DNA of 64,000 nt from a bacterium (GTDB lineage Bacteria > Zhuqueibacterota > Zhuqueibacteria > Zhuqueibacterales > Zhuqueibacteraceae): NCBI GenBank assembly GCA_044869275.1, contig JBIOXB010000230.1:1-64000 (forward strand), in the 5' to 3' direction. The notes under the pieces are model-generated. The model was given only the letters and a program-made list of their open reading frames with translations, ran no database searches and was not told the origin of the DNA. Positions 36,481 to 45,613 of the stretch are shown here, piece after piece; position 1 is the stretch's first letter; every line of letters starts with the position of its first letter. The position numbers and the translations under genes were made by a program.

Positions 36481-38466
36481 ATGCCGTTGCGCGTTCATTA
36501 TACAACTTTCACCCCCGACGGCGCTCATCTCAATCTTGCGGAAAGTGCCTCTGCTGCCGTGGCTGAAAGCATCGCCGCCTTGCGCCGCGATTTCGAAAGC
36601 GAAGAAGTGCTGGCGGTGTTTGCGCCGGAAAGCTTCGAGCTCTATCTCGCCAGCGATCTCTTACCAGACGCCCCGCCCTCTTCCGCCACGGCGCGGGCGC
36701 GCGAACTGGAAATCCTGCAAAGTTTTATTCGGCAAACGCCGCGCTTCGCCCCTCTGCCGGCGGCGTGCACGTGGCAGCACGCGCACGGCCAGGAAGCGGC
36801 GGCGCGCTTTTTTCGCTCCGCGCTCGGCTGGCTCTCCCATGGCGGCTGCAATCACGGCCACGCCGCGGCTCTGCGCCAGGCGCATGTGCATGCGCAAAAC
36901 GCCGGCGCCGCCGGCCCTATTCTGAATCATTTATACGAGCGCGCCCTATGGCTCGCTGAGAAAGTGCGCCTGGAAACGGGCTTTTTCGAGCCCTCGCCCT
37001 CGCTGGCCACTGCCATCATCGAAATCGGCGGCAAGATTTTTGGCGGATTGCAATCCCGCGCGACTTTGCTGGTGGGCGACAATACCGAAGCGGCTGAGAT
37101 GGCAAGTGCGCTCGCGGAGGCAAAAGCCGGGCGTTTGTATTATGTGCCGCAAGCTGCGTTGCACGGCGAAAAATTTGCTCAGGCGGGTGCGGCGCCCGCC
37201 GTGCTGCCTGCGCAGCAGCAGGGCGATTGGCAACCCTCAGCCGATGTGGTGGTGATCTTTGAAAATTCCTCGCTGCCCTGGCACGATCCCCGTTATTTGC
37301 ATAAACTCATGCAGCGCAGAAACAACGCGCCCTTGCTGCTGGTTGATCTCTCCTCCGCGCCGGCGCGCAAAGATGCTTTCGACAAAATTTACAATCTCTA
37401 TTATTTTTCGCGGCAAGATTTGAATCGCGTGATCATGCAACAGGAGCAAGCCCGGCAGGAAGTTTTGCGTGAGGCCGCGCACTGGATCGATCTGGAAGTT
37501 GAAAATTTTTATCGCTGGGTGCATTCGGAAGATCGTTTTCATTTCGGCGCGATGGTGGGAAAAAGCCCGGCGATGCAACACGTGTTCGAATGGATCGCGC
37601 GCCTCGCCCGCACCGACATCACCGTGCTCATTCAGGGTGAAAGCGGCACCGGCAAAGAATTGGTGGCGAAAGCAGTGCACGACGCCAGCGCCCGCGCGCA
37701 GGGGCCCTTCGTCGTGGTCAATTGCGGCGCGATTCCGGAAAACTTGCTCGAGAGCGAGTTGTTCGGACACGTGCGCGGCGCCTTCACGGGCGCGATCCAA
37801 AACAAAAAAGGCCTCTTCGAAGAAGCCCACACCGGCACGATCTTTTTGGACGAGATCGGCGAATTGCCGGCGGCACTGCAGGTAAAGCTGCTGCGCTTCT
37901 TACAGGACAATGAAATCAAGCGCGTCGGCAGCAACCAAACCGTGCAATTGGAGGTGCGCGTCATTGCGGCCAGCAACCGTGATTTGCACAGCCTGGTCGC
38001 CGAGGGCAAGTTTCGCAGCGACTTGTATTATCGCCTGAATGTGGTGCAAATCGATCTGCCGCCGCTGCGGCAGCGGCCGGAGGACATTCCGATTTTGGCG
38101 CGGCATTTTTTGCGAAAATTTTCCGCGAGAATGCGCAAATCACCGCGCGCGCTGTCGGCGGAGGCATTGCAAAAACTGCAGGCGCACCAATGGCCCGGGA
38201 ACGTGCGCGAGTTGGAAAACGCCATGGAGCGCGCCGTGGCATTATCGCTCGAGCCCGAAATCGGGCAGGCGGAATTGCCGGAGAATATCCGCCAGCACAC
38301 CGCCCCCGGCGCCGAATCCGCACGGTTATCTTTGAAAGAAATGGAGCGGCGCCATATTATTGAAACGCTGGAAGCTTGCCATGGAAATTACGACGAAGCC
38401 GCGCGCGTGCTGGGCATCGGCCGCACCACGCTGTGGCGCAAGCTGAAAGAGTATCAGGTGAGTTGA
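36481..38466 (+). CDS. Sigma-54 enhancer-binding protein with an N-terminal degenerate glutamyl-tRNA reductase (HemA)-like region
   Basis: C-terminal half: [50 protein letters not shown], Fis-type HTH ([16 protein letters not shown]). The first ~345 aa are collinear with HemA ([27 protein letters not shown]...[26 protein letters not shown]). Confidence 0.88.
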   Translation: MPLRVHYTTFTPDGAHLNLAESASAAVAESIAALRRDFESEEVLAVFAPESFELYLASDLLPDAPPSSATARARELEILQSFIRQTPRFAPLPAACTWQHAHGQEAAARFFRSALGWLSHGGCNHGHAAALRQAHVHAQNAGAAGPILNHLYERALWLAEKVRLETGFFEPSPSLATAIIEIGGKIFGGLQSRATLLVGDNTEAAEMASALAEAKAGRLYYVPQAALHGEKFAQAGAAPAVLPAQQQGDWQPSADVVVIFENSSLPWHDPRYLHKLMQRRNNAPLLLVDLSSAPARKDAFDKIYNLYYFSRQDLNRVIMQQEQARQEVLREAAHWIDLEVENFYRWVHSEDRFHFGAMVGKSPAMQHVFEWIARLARTDITVLIQGESGTGKELVAKAVHDASARAQGPFVVVNCGAIPENLLESELFGHVRGAFTGAIQNKKGLFEEAHTGTIFLDEIGELPAALQVKLLRFLQDNEIKRVGSNQTVQLEVRVIAASNRDLHSLVAEGKFRSDLYYRLNVVQIDLPPLRQRPEDIPILARHFLRKFSARMRKSPRALSAEALQKLQAHQWPGNVRELENAMERAVALSLEPEIGQAELPENIRQHTAPGAESARLSLKEMERRHIIETLEACHGNYDEAARVLGIGRTTLWRKLKEYQVS

Positions 38467-38509
38467 AAACCAAAGCCGGAGGGCAGCCGCAATGGCGCAA
38501 TTATCCTGC

Positions 38510-38630
38510 AAAAAAACAGGAGACAGAAAGATGCAACACAGAAAAATGTCTGTGGTTTGCCCCGTCCCCGTCAGCAACCAGCCGCCAGGCATGAGATCTA
38601 TTGCCATCTTTCTGCCCTCCATTTTCTGTC
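38510..38630. repeat. Degenerate inverted repeat array
   Basis: GACAGAAAGATG..CAGAAAAATG on the left; CATCTTTCTGCC..CATTTTCTGTC on the right. Confidence 0.5.
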
Positions 38631-38921
38631 TTGGCTTTTACTCAATGCACCGCAACATTGCCAAATTATCTGTTGCTCTAAATCCAGCAGTTGATCATGA
38701 AGACTTTCAGGTTTTTATTCCAAATTTGATGAGTACTACAACGTTAGGTTCACTTTTTGCACTAAAAACCAGTACTGTCATTTGCAAGAATCTTCGCATG
38801 ATACAATGTTACACCCCGATTTGGCATTGTGCCCGGCGCATGGGAAGATGCCTTCTGCATGACAAGCCAAGCGTTGGCGTTGACTTAACGTTGTAATATG
38901 AGCTAATCACACAAACCGGGC

Positions 38922-39782
38922 TCACTCGTTTCCGAGGTGCTCCTTCGCCCGGCGCATTTCATACAACGTCGCGCCGAGCTCTGCGCCGGCCACGAAAGTG
39001 ACGGCGGAGTATTGCACCCACAACACCATCATCACCAGCACTCCAAACGAGCCGTACAACACGTCGAAATCGCCCAAATTCGCCAGATAAAGCTGGAATA
39101 ATCTTTTCGCCAATTCCCACAGCGCACCGACGACGAGGGCCTGCAGCGCGACAATGCGCGTGGGCACGCTGGCGGGCAGGGGCAGGCGATAAAGCAGAAA
39201 CAGCATGGTGCTGGAAACCAAATAGACAAAGCCGAAGCCGATTCGACCGCGGATGAAATCCCATCTATAGCCCAAAATCTCCAGCCACTTCTCACGCCAG
39301 GTATCCAGCCATCCCATCCCCGAGACCGCGACCAATGAGAAAAACAATATCAGGCAGGTGAGCGCCACCATGCCAATATCGAACAACTTGCCGGTCAGAT
39401 AATTGAAATTCTTCTCTACCCCGAAAGTGATTTTAACAATCACGCGGATGCTGGCGAACAAGCGCGAGGCGGTCCACACCATCGAGAGCAAGCCCACGAC
39501 GCCAATCAAGCCGCGGTGCCGCAGCAATTCTTCCAAGCTGCCCTGCACTTCATCCTTCGCGGCGGGCAAGGCTTCCGCCACAAAGGCCAGAACATCCTGC
39601 TGCGCGTTTTGGGAGGACTCCAAAAAATACCCCCACAGCGAAGCCAATATCAAGACAAAAGGCAGCACGCACAGGATGACATTAAAAGAGAGGCCGGAGG
39701 CGAGAAACATCCCGTTATCGCGGTCGAAACGAAGAATGGCTTGGAGGAACAGCTTGCGCAAATGTAAGAGTGGCCGACGCAT
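38922..39782 (-). CDS. YihY/virulence factor BrkB-family membrane protein
   Basis: ASGLSFN, WTASRLF, LWELAKRLF..Y, YGSFG.L....LW, GAEL. Confidence 0.9.
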   Translation of the reverse strand: MRRPLLHLRKLFLQAILRFDRDNGMFLASGLSFNVILCVLPFVLILASLWGYFLESSQNAQQDVLAFVAEALPAAKDEVQGSLEELLRHRGLIGVVGLLSMVWTASRLFASIRVIVKITFGVEKNFNYLTGKLFDIGMVALTCLILFFSLVAVSGMGWLDTWREKWLEILGYRWDFIRGRIGFGFVYLVSSTMLFLLYRLPLPASVPTRIVALQALVVGALWELAKRLFQLYLANLGDFDVLYGSFGVLVMMVLWVQYSAVTFVAGAELGATLYEMRRAKEHLGNE

Positions 39783-39800
39783 GGTCAGGCAATAGAAAGC

Positions 39801-39825
39801 CAAAATTCAAAATTCAAAGCTCAAA
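39801..39825. repeat. Heptamer tandem repeat
   Basis: CAAAATT CAAAATT CAAAGCT CAAA; same family as 61892-61965. Confidence 0.6.
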
Positions 39826-40000
39826 GAGGCATGGTGTAGAAAGAGTCTTCGTGACAAGATTTCGAAGTCAAACATTGAGCTCGCAATGGCCGGAGCCATG
39901 CGCGAGAAGACTGTCCGCTCATGCGATTGCTCCATGCCGAACTTCAAAAAAGTAAACGCCATGCCCGCAAAAGTCAAGTTAAAATCCCGGCCATAAGCTA

Positions 40001-40034
40001 GAAGCCCCGGGAGGCATTCAATGCCCGGGGCTTC
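40001..40034. terminator. Strong stem-loop downstream of the large secreted-protein gene
   Basis: GAAGCCCCGGG-N12-CCCGGGGCTTC; weak U-tract. Confidence 0.5.
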
Positions 40035-40169
40035 AGCGTTGCAAGTCGATTACCACAGTGTGCTTGCCGCCGGTTCGGTCCAACGCCCTGATCGCAGTCT
40101 TACCTCAAACGCGAATATGAGCAACGGCGACAGCACGAGCGACCAGCCGCCAGCAACCACCATCCAGTA

Positions 40170-43100
40170 TTACTTGGCCAGCACCATCTTCTTGAGCTGG
40201 GTGAAGTTGTTGGCGCTCAGGCGATAGAAATAAACGCCGGAGGTGTAGCGGTTGGCATTCCACACCGCTTGGTGATAGCCAGGTTGCATGTCGCGATCGA
40301 CCAGTGTTTCGATCTCCTGGCCGACGGAATTCAAAATGACCAGTTTCACGCGGCCCTGCACCGGCAAGGCAAACGAGATCGTCGTTTGCGGGTTAAACGG
40401 ATTAGGATAGTTGTTGTCCAAGGCGTATTCGGTCGGAATTTGAACCTCCTGGCGACCTTCAACACGCGTCGTTACGACCGGAAGCTCGTTGGAGAACGCG
40501 CTGACGTTATCGGCAAAGTCCTTGGCCGTGACCGCGTAAACATAGGAAGTATTGCCTTGGATGGCGTTGTCCTGATATTCCAAGCTCGTCACCGTCGCGA
40601 GGGCATCGCCAAAATTGGGAGCGCTTGCCAGGCGGCGATACACGGCATAAGAAGCAGGTTCTTCGTTGTCCGGCTGGGTCCAGCTCAGGTGCACGACGCC
40701 GGCTTGAAATCCGCCGCTCAATGTCGGCGCATTCGGCGCTAGATCGTCGGTCGAAGTGCCACACGCCTCATTGGAATTGGCGAACACCGCCGGGTTGGCC
40801 GTGTGCGCGGAAATAATGAAGCAGGTTGAGGCGCCGTCTTGCAAAGTGGGGGCTACGTAATTATAGTCCGGGTCAGAGTGCGCCAGCACCACGGCGATAA
40901 AATCCCAAGCCTGGGCAGCGCTCGCGTCATAGAAGCGGGTGCCGGGTTTGAGATCCTCGACGTTCGCGATCATGGCGAGGCGGTTTGCCACCACCACACT
41001 CCCGCCTTCAGGCTGGAGATTGGTGCCGGCGATTTTGCGCCATACGCCGTAATGCGTGATCCGCACACCGGCGATGCCGCCATCGTTCGGTGAGCGCGTC
41101 CAGCTTAAACGCACTTGCTTGCCTTGATCACTGGGGATATCGTTGACGCCGGACAGCGTCGGTGCTTGTACGCCTTTCCCGGTAACGGCGACGTTCCAAA
41201 CGGTCCAATCGGCGTCATTCACAGCTTGATAGCGGAAACGAATCCAAACATTAGAATAACCCGCCGCCCAGGGAGTAATATCCATAATCGCGGGCCGCAA
41301 ATTTGCCGTGAAGAAAGCCGGGCCGCCATAGTTCTGGCCGGTTTCGGGATCAATACCACGCAAACGCTCAGAACCTGGGACATCATTCCAAGTGCTGCCG
41401 CCGTTGTTGCTCACGCCCACGGTAAACCTCGTAAAGCCGAAGCCGCCCACGCCCAGCGATTTAAATGTAAGCAGGGCATTGGAGGCCACACTGCTGAAGT
41501 TGAGATTGGGAATGATCAAGTCTTCATCCTGGGGCCGGCCCAACGAATCGAACAACACATAGGCGCCGGTGTAATCCACGCCGAGATTGACATTGGGCAC
41601 CACCGCGGAGGCCGTGGTTTGCCAGGTGACGACGCCTGGTTCCGATCTCGAAGTGTTGACTTGAAACCCGCGTGCCACCAATTGCGAAGGCGTGGGGCTT
41701 TCCGGTGCGTTCCACAAGGCAGAAGAGAAAAGCACGCTGCCGTCGTGCACCACGAACGGTGAGTAGCGCGCATCGCCAAAGCCGTCGGGGTCGTCGGTCG
41801 CCACCGCGGTGGTGTCATTGGAACGATCCTCGTCGTTGCCCAGGCGGGTGAATGCTCTGATGCGGTAAACGCCGGGAGCCGCTGGCGTCCAGGTATTCAC
41901 CGAAGGAATGGCCTCGCTGCCGCCGGGTGGGATGGTGGTCGCGCCACGGCCCACCACGGAAGCAACCGCGGCGCCGGTGGCGTTGTTGAAAATCGTTCCC
42001 TGCCACTGCACGTTGCTCTGCGGATTCGAGCCGGTGTTAGTGACATTCAACGTGAAGGTCGCGGCCTCACCCACTCTGGCGGGGAAAGGAATGCCGACAT
42101 TGACCGCTGCAATGTCATCTTGAATGGTTTCACCGACAAGATTGAAGTCATCAATGAACAGGCCACGGCCCGTGGTGTGCGCGGCTCCCGTGCCGGCCCC
42201 GTCATAAGCAAACACAATTCCGATGCGGACGTTATCGCCGGGAGACAGCGTGCCTCCGGCGCCGGTCAATAAGACATTTCCCGGCACAACGGCATTCACC
42301 CAGTTGGGGGTTGGGTTAGGCACACCAGTGGCGGTCGCCACAGGAGCCCCGGGCGCAAAACCTTCCGCCGTCATGCTTGATTCGCCACTTTCACCACCGT
42401 TATCGGTGAAAATCACGCCACCGGGCCCGGAAACGGCAATCGCGTCCAGCGCAAAAATAGCATTAGCCTGAACGAAACCAAAATCGCCGTTCTCGCTAAA
42501 GCGAAGTTTGATAGTTTTGCCGGCAAACGCGTTGAGGCTGACCGTATGGCTGGTCCAAGTCGCTGTACCGCCGCCAGCGCTTCCATCGGGGCCGTCAAAT
42601 GACGCAACGGAGGTATAGGTCACAAAGTTATCGTCAGACGTAAAGACATCGACTTTGTTAAAATCGAATTCCGGCTCGGAGATGGACTTGTAAAGGAAGC
42701 TCAAGCTGATCGGAGCTGCCACGCCGGTTAAACTAATTTCCGGCGTGGTCAAGTATTGCCGGCTAAACTCATCATACGGAGGAGTTCCCGGGTTGTGTAT
42801 TGCCCAGCTACTGGTGCCGGCACCGGGATCGCTCGTATCAAGAGCCCATAGAGCTTCATCTTTGCCGAGGTACACACGAATTTGATTCACCGCATTCGCG
42901 GCGTCCCAATCCAACCAAAAATCCATGGTTAAGCGCGCCAATGGTGCGCCGCCTTCAACCGTTGTGGGGAGCGTAAAGCCTGGTGACATCACCATGTCCG
43001 TGTTCGAAGGTGTGACACCGCTTTCACGCCAGCTTGTGGTCACACTGTGAGAGTTAGTGGCCGACGGCGCCCAGTCGCTGGTATTTTCATCCCGGTAGCC

Positions 43101-43412
43101 CCCCGGTGTGGCTTGGATCCCCCAAGTTGCTCCCGCTTGCCACGGTGCCTTTCCGCCTTCGAAATCATCCGAGAATATAACTTCCTGAGCTGCGCTCGTT
43201 TTTGGCAACTTTGATTTTGGGAAATTATTGGCCGTAGCCGATTCATCCGTTTTCAAAGCTGGAATCTGGAAACGTTCCACATCTTTTTTGGAAATAAGTT
43301 TCATCAATTTAGCTTTGGTATCAGGGTTCTTCTTTTTGGCATCGTGCGCAGCAAGAACTCCCAAACCGCAGAGAAAAACCGTCAACAGCAGCACCAGAAA
43401 CTTACGTTGCAT
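40170..43412 (-). CDS. Large secreted beta-rich multidomain protein with a C-terminal sorting tail
   Basis: Signal peptide; repeated FSDDFE/FTDNG jelly-roll-like modules, CARDB-like (VTNTG...DRSNDT), FN3-like, and tail NNYPNPFNPQTTISF...SGVYFYRL...KKMVLAK. Confidence 0.8.
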   Translation of the reverse strand: MQRKFLVLLLTVFLCGLGVLAAHDAKKKNPDTKAKLMKLISKKDVERFQIPALKTDESATANNFPKSKLPKTSAAQEVIFSDDFEGGKAPWQAGATWGIQATPGGYRDENTSDWAPSATNSHSVTTSWRESGVTPSNTDMVMSPGFTLPTTVEGGAPLARLTMDFWLDWDAANAVNQIRVYLGKDEALWALDTSDPGAGTSSWAIHNPGTPPYDEFSRQYLTTPEISLTGVAAPISLSFLYKSISEPEFDFNKVDVFTSDDNFVTYTSVASFDGPDGSAGGGTATWTSHTVSLNAFAGKTIKLRFSENGDFGFVQANAIFALDAIAVSGPGGVIFTDNGGESGESSMTAEGFAPGAPVATATGVPNPTPNWVNAVVPGNVLLTGAGGTLSPGDNVRIGIVFAYDGAGTGAAHTTGRGLFIDDFNLVGETIQDDIAAVNVGIPFPARVGEAATFTLNVTNTGSNPQSNVQWQGTIFNNATGAAVASVVGRGATTIPPGGSEAIPSVNTWTPAAPGVYRIRAFTRLGNDEDRSNDTTAVATDDPDGFGDARYSPFVVHDGSVLFSSALWNAPESPTPSQLVARGFQVNTSRSEPGVVTWQTTASAVVPNVNLGVDYTGAYVLFDSLGRPQDEDLIIPNLNFSSVASNALLTFKSLGVGGFGFTRFTVGVSNNGGSTWNDVPGSERLRGIDPETGQNYGGPAFFTANLRPAIMDITPWAAGYSNVWIRFRYQAVNDADWTVWNVAVTGKGVQAPTLSGVNDIPSDQGKQVRLSWTRSPNDGGIAGVRITHYGVWRKIAGTNLQPEGGSVVVANRLAMIANVEDLKPGTRFYDASAAQAWDFIAVVLAHSDPDYNYVAPTLQDGASTCFIISAHTANPAVFANSNEACGTSTDDLAPNAPTLSGGFQAGVVHLSWTQPDNEEPASYAVYRRLASAPNFGDALATVTSLEYQDNAIQGNTSYVYAVTAKDFADNVSAFSNELPVVTTRVEGRQEVQIPTEYALDNNYPNPFNPQTTISFALPVQGRVKLVILNSVGQEIETLVDRDMQPGYHQAVWNANRYTSGVYFYRLSANNFTQLKKMVLAK

Positions 43413-43746
43413 ACCCTACCTCCAATTGCGGTTAAAAGTTTGAACGGATCTGAAAATAAAGGGGGGTGAAGTAAGAAGCATCAATAGCCGGGCCTCGCCT
43501 CCTTTCCGGAATGGGTGAGATGGATGCACGCGCAGATTAGGCGCGCCAAATATGGGAAATCAGCAGGCGAATGTCAAGCGCATAAGTGGCTGCCGCCGGG
43601 AATCGCATCCTCCGGCGTGCGTGTGGCGGTGCTGGAAAAGCCGGCGAGCTGCCTCCGGGTAAAACTACTTGACCATGAGCAAACAGTACTATACTTTACA
43701 GCTAAAGCAACGCATCGCCACGCCAACCCTAACATTCCGAGAACGC

Positions 43747-44076
43747 ATGACCATTCCATGGACAAAAGTCGCCGGCACGATTTACCAAATGGGGAAAGTC
43801 CTGCTCACGGGGAAAGAGCTGGCCGCGCAGGCCAATGCCCTGCTGCAAGAGCGCAAGCGCACGCTGGATGATCAAGAAATGGTAGCCAGCCGCATGCAAC
43901 AACTCGAAGCGGCCCTGGCCAAGCAGATGGAGCTGAACCGGCAAAATCAACTGCAAATGGAGTTGCTGCGCTCCGCGCTCGAGGACATTCAAAAGAGCTT
44001 GCGCCTTACGGCGACGATGGCGGCGGTGTCCCTGGTGCTCAGCCTCGCCGCCTTACTCTTCGCGATACTCAAATAA
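43747..44076 (+). CDS. Hypothetical coiled-coil protein with a C-terminal TM helix
   Basis: Heptad-rich Q/E/L stretch and hydrophobic tail; followed by a terminator. Confidence 0.6.
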   Translation: MTIPWTKVAGTIYQMGKVLLTGKELAAQANALLQERKRTLDDQEMVASRMQQLEAALAKQMELNRQNQLQMELLRSALEDIQKSLRLTATMAAVSLVLSLAALLFAILK

Positions 44077-44080
44077 AAGC

Positions 44081-44116
44081 AAAAGCCCTCGCTGAATCAT
44101 TCATTGAGGGCTTTTT
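44081..44116 (+). terminator. Rho-independent (possibly bidirectional) terminator
   Basis: AAAAGCCCTC...GAGGGCTTTTT. Confidence 0.75.
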
Positions 44117-44199
44117 CTATGGGTGGAAAGCGGAGATGGGATCTCCGTTTTTTTTTGACATGACACTTCAGTCTGTGGATGTTGGGCAAAAACCCTAAT

Positions 44200-44348
44200 C
44201 TAGTGCACCGTCACCTTAATTGCTATACCCGCAGCCATGTCATTCTGAAAGAATCTTGGTTGAATCAAGCACTGTGATTATGCTGCACAGGATTCCTTCT
44301 GAATGACATAGTCAAATGGTTACATGAATTATGGTGACAGTGCACTAG
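44200..44348. mobile_element. MITE-like element with terminal and nested inverted repeats
   Basis: 22-bp TIR CTAGTGCAC(C/T)GTCACC(T/A)TAATT; inner IR ATGTCATTCTGAAAGAATCTTG (44237-44258) / CAGGATTCCTTCTGAATGACAT (44288-44309). Confidence 0.7.
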
Positions 44349-44361
44349 TAATGAGGTAGTA

Positions 44362-44943
44362 TTAATCCGCGCTGAATTGATTTCTCTCCTCGAGTATCCA
44401 GTCAACCGCTGCACTCAAATCGCGCGCGACAAAATCCGCGGCAAAGTTTTCCTCCTGCAAAGATTGCTCGCCGTACCCCGTACGCACCAAAATGGTCTGC
44501 AAGCCTACGCGCTGGCCGGCTGCCAAATCAGTGGTGCGGTCGCCAATCACAAAGCCGTGCAGTTTCAAATCAAGATCCTGCGCGGCCTTCTCCAGCATGC
44601 CCGTCTTCGGTTTGCGGCAGGCGCAATCCTCCTGGGGTGCATGCGGGCAAAAATAGAAGGCGTCAATATGTGCGCCGAATTTTTGCAGATGCTCCTGCAA
44701 AAACCCATGCGTCTGCCGCACGAAATCCGAGGTAAAATATCCGCGGCCGATGCCGGATTGATTGCTGATCACGATCACTTTCGCCCCGGCGCGATTTAAA
44801 CGTGCCACGGCGGCTTCACTGCCGGGAATGAACTCCACTTGTGCGAGCGAGTTCAAATAATTCTTCTCAACAATCAAAGTGCCATCGCGATCCAAGAAGA
44901 CGAAGAACGGCTCGCGCTTTCCTGCCTCAGCCGAAGAGTTCAT
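44362..44943 (-). CDS. gmhB: D-glycero-D-manno-heptose 1,7-bisphosphate phosphatase
   Basis: FLDRDGTL, SNQSGIGRG, CPHAP...CACRKPKTGM, IGDRTTD; adjacent to gmhA. Confidence 0.9.
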   Translation of the reverse strand: MNSSAEAGKREPFFVFLDRDGTLIVEKNYLNSLAQVEFIPGSEAAVARLNRAGAKVIVISNQSGIGRGYFTSDFVRQTHGFLQEHLQKFGAHIDAFYFCPHAPQEDCACRKPKTGMLEKAAQDLDLKLHGFVIGDRTTDLAAGQRVGLQTILVRTGYGEQSLQEENFAADFVARDLSAAVDWILEERNQFSAD

Positions 44944-45505
44944 ACTCGATCAATTCCATCCAAAGGTGCCCGATCAAAATGTGACATTCTTGAATACGCT
45001 GGGTATCGTGCTCGGGCACGACGACGGCAAAATCGCATGCTTGGGCGATGGCGCCACCGTCCCTGCCCAACAAGCCGACAGTGCATACGCCTTTGCCCTT
45101 CGCCGCCGTAATGGCGGCCAGCACATTTTCGGACTGGCCCGAAGTGCTGATGCCGACCAACGCATCCTGTTTTGTGCCGAGCGCCAGCACTTGCCGCGCA
45201 AAAACTTCGCGAAAGCCGTAATCATTACCCGCGGCCGTCAGTATGGAGGTGTCCGTCGTCAACGCGATCGCTGGCAAAGGCCGGCGGTCGTTTTGCAGCT
45301 TCACCACCAATTCCGCGGCCAGATGCTGGGCATCCGCGGCGCTGCCGCCGTTACCGCAAAAGAGAATTTTTCCGCCCTGGGCAATCACACTCGCCAATTT
45401 GTGCCCGGCCGCCAGCATCTCCGGCGTGCGCTGCTCGAGCAGGCGTGTCTTCGCGGCGATACTTTGCTGAATGCGATTCTGAATGAAGCCGTTGTCGCTT
45501 TTCAT
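44927..45505 (-). CDS. gmhA: D-sedoheptulose 7-phosphate isomerase
   Basis: CGNGGSAADAQHLAAEL, TAAGNDYG, GISTSGQS, TQRIQECH. Confidence 0.96.
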   Translation of the reverse strand: MKSDNGFIQNRIQQSIAAKTRLLEQRTPEMLAAGHKLASVIAQGGKILFCGNGGSAADAQHLAAELVVKLQNDRRPLPAIALTTDTSILTAAGNDYGFREVFARQVLALGTKQDALVGISTSGQSENVLAAITAAKGKGVCTVGLLGRDGGAIAQACDFAVVVPEHDTQRIQECHILIGHLWMELIEYELFG

Positions 45506-45613
45506 TTGCGTGAAGAACCCTCACCCTTCGCTGTCATGCCGTCGCAATCTTTTTACGTACTCACGTTGCACGCAGTTCTTAAAAAGATTCTTCCAGAATG
45601 ACATTTCTAAATT

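Noticed and set aside
36481..37520. A functional hemA gene accidentally merged with a regulator
   Set aside because: The catalytic Cys, GLDS and GAGEM motifs are all absent and the frame runs cleanly into the AAA+ domain with no internal stop, so it is not called hemA.
38492..38896. 134-aa plus-strand ORF downstream of the activator
   Set aside because: Runs through repeats and AT-rich promoter-like DNA, with atypical composition and no motif.
42300..43412. Apparently lower-GC 5' part of the large secreted gene as a foreign insert
   Set aside because: The frame is continuous with no boundary repeats, and the compositional shift was only an impression that I could not quantify.
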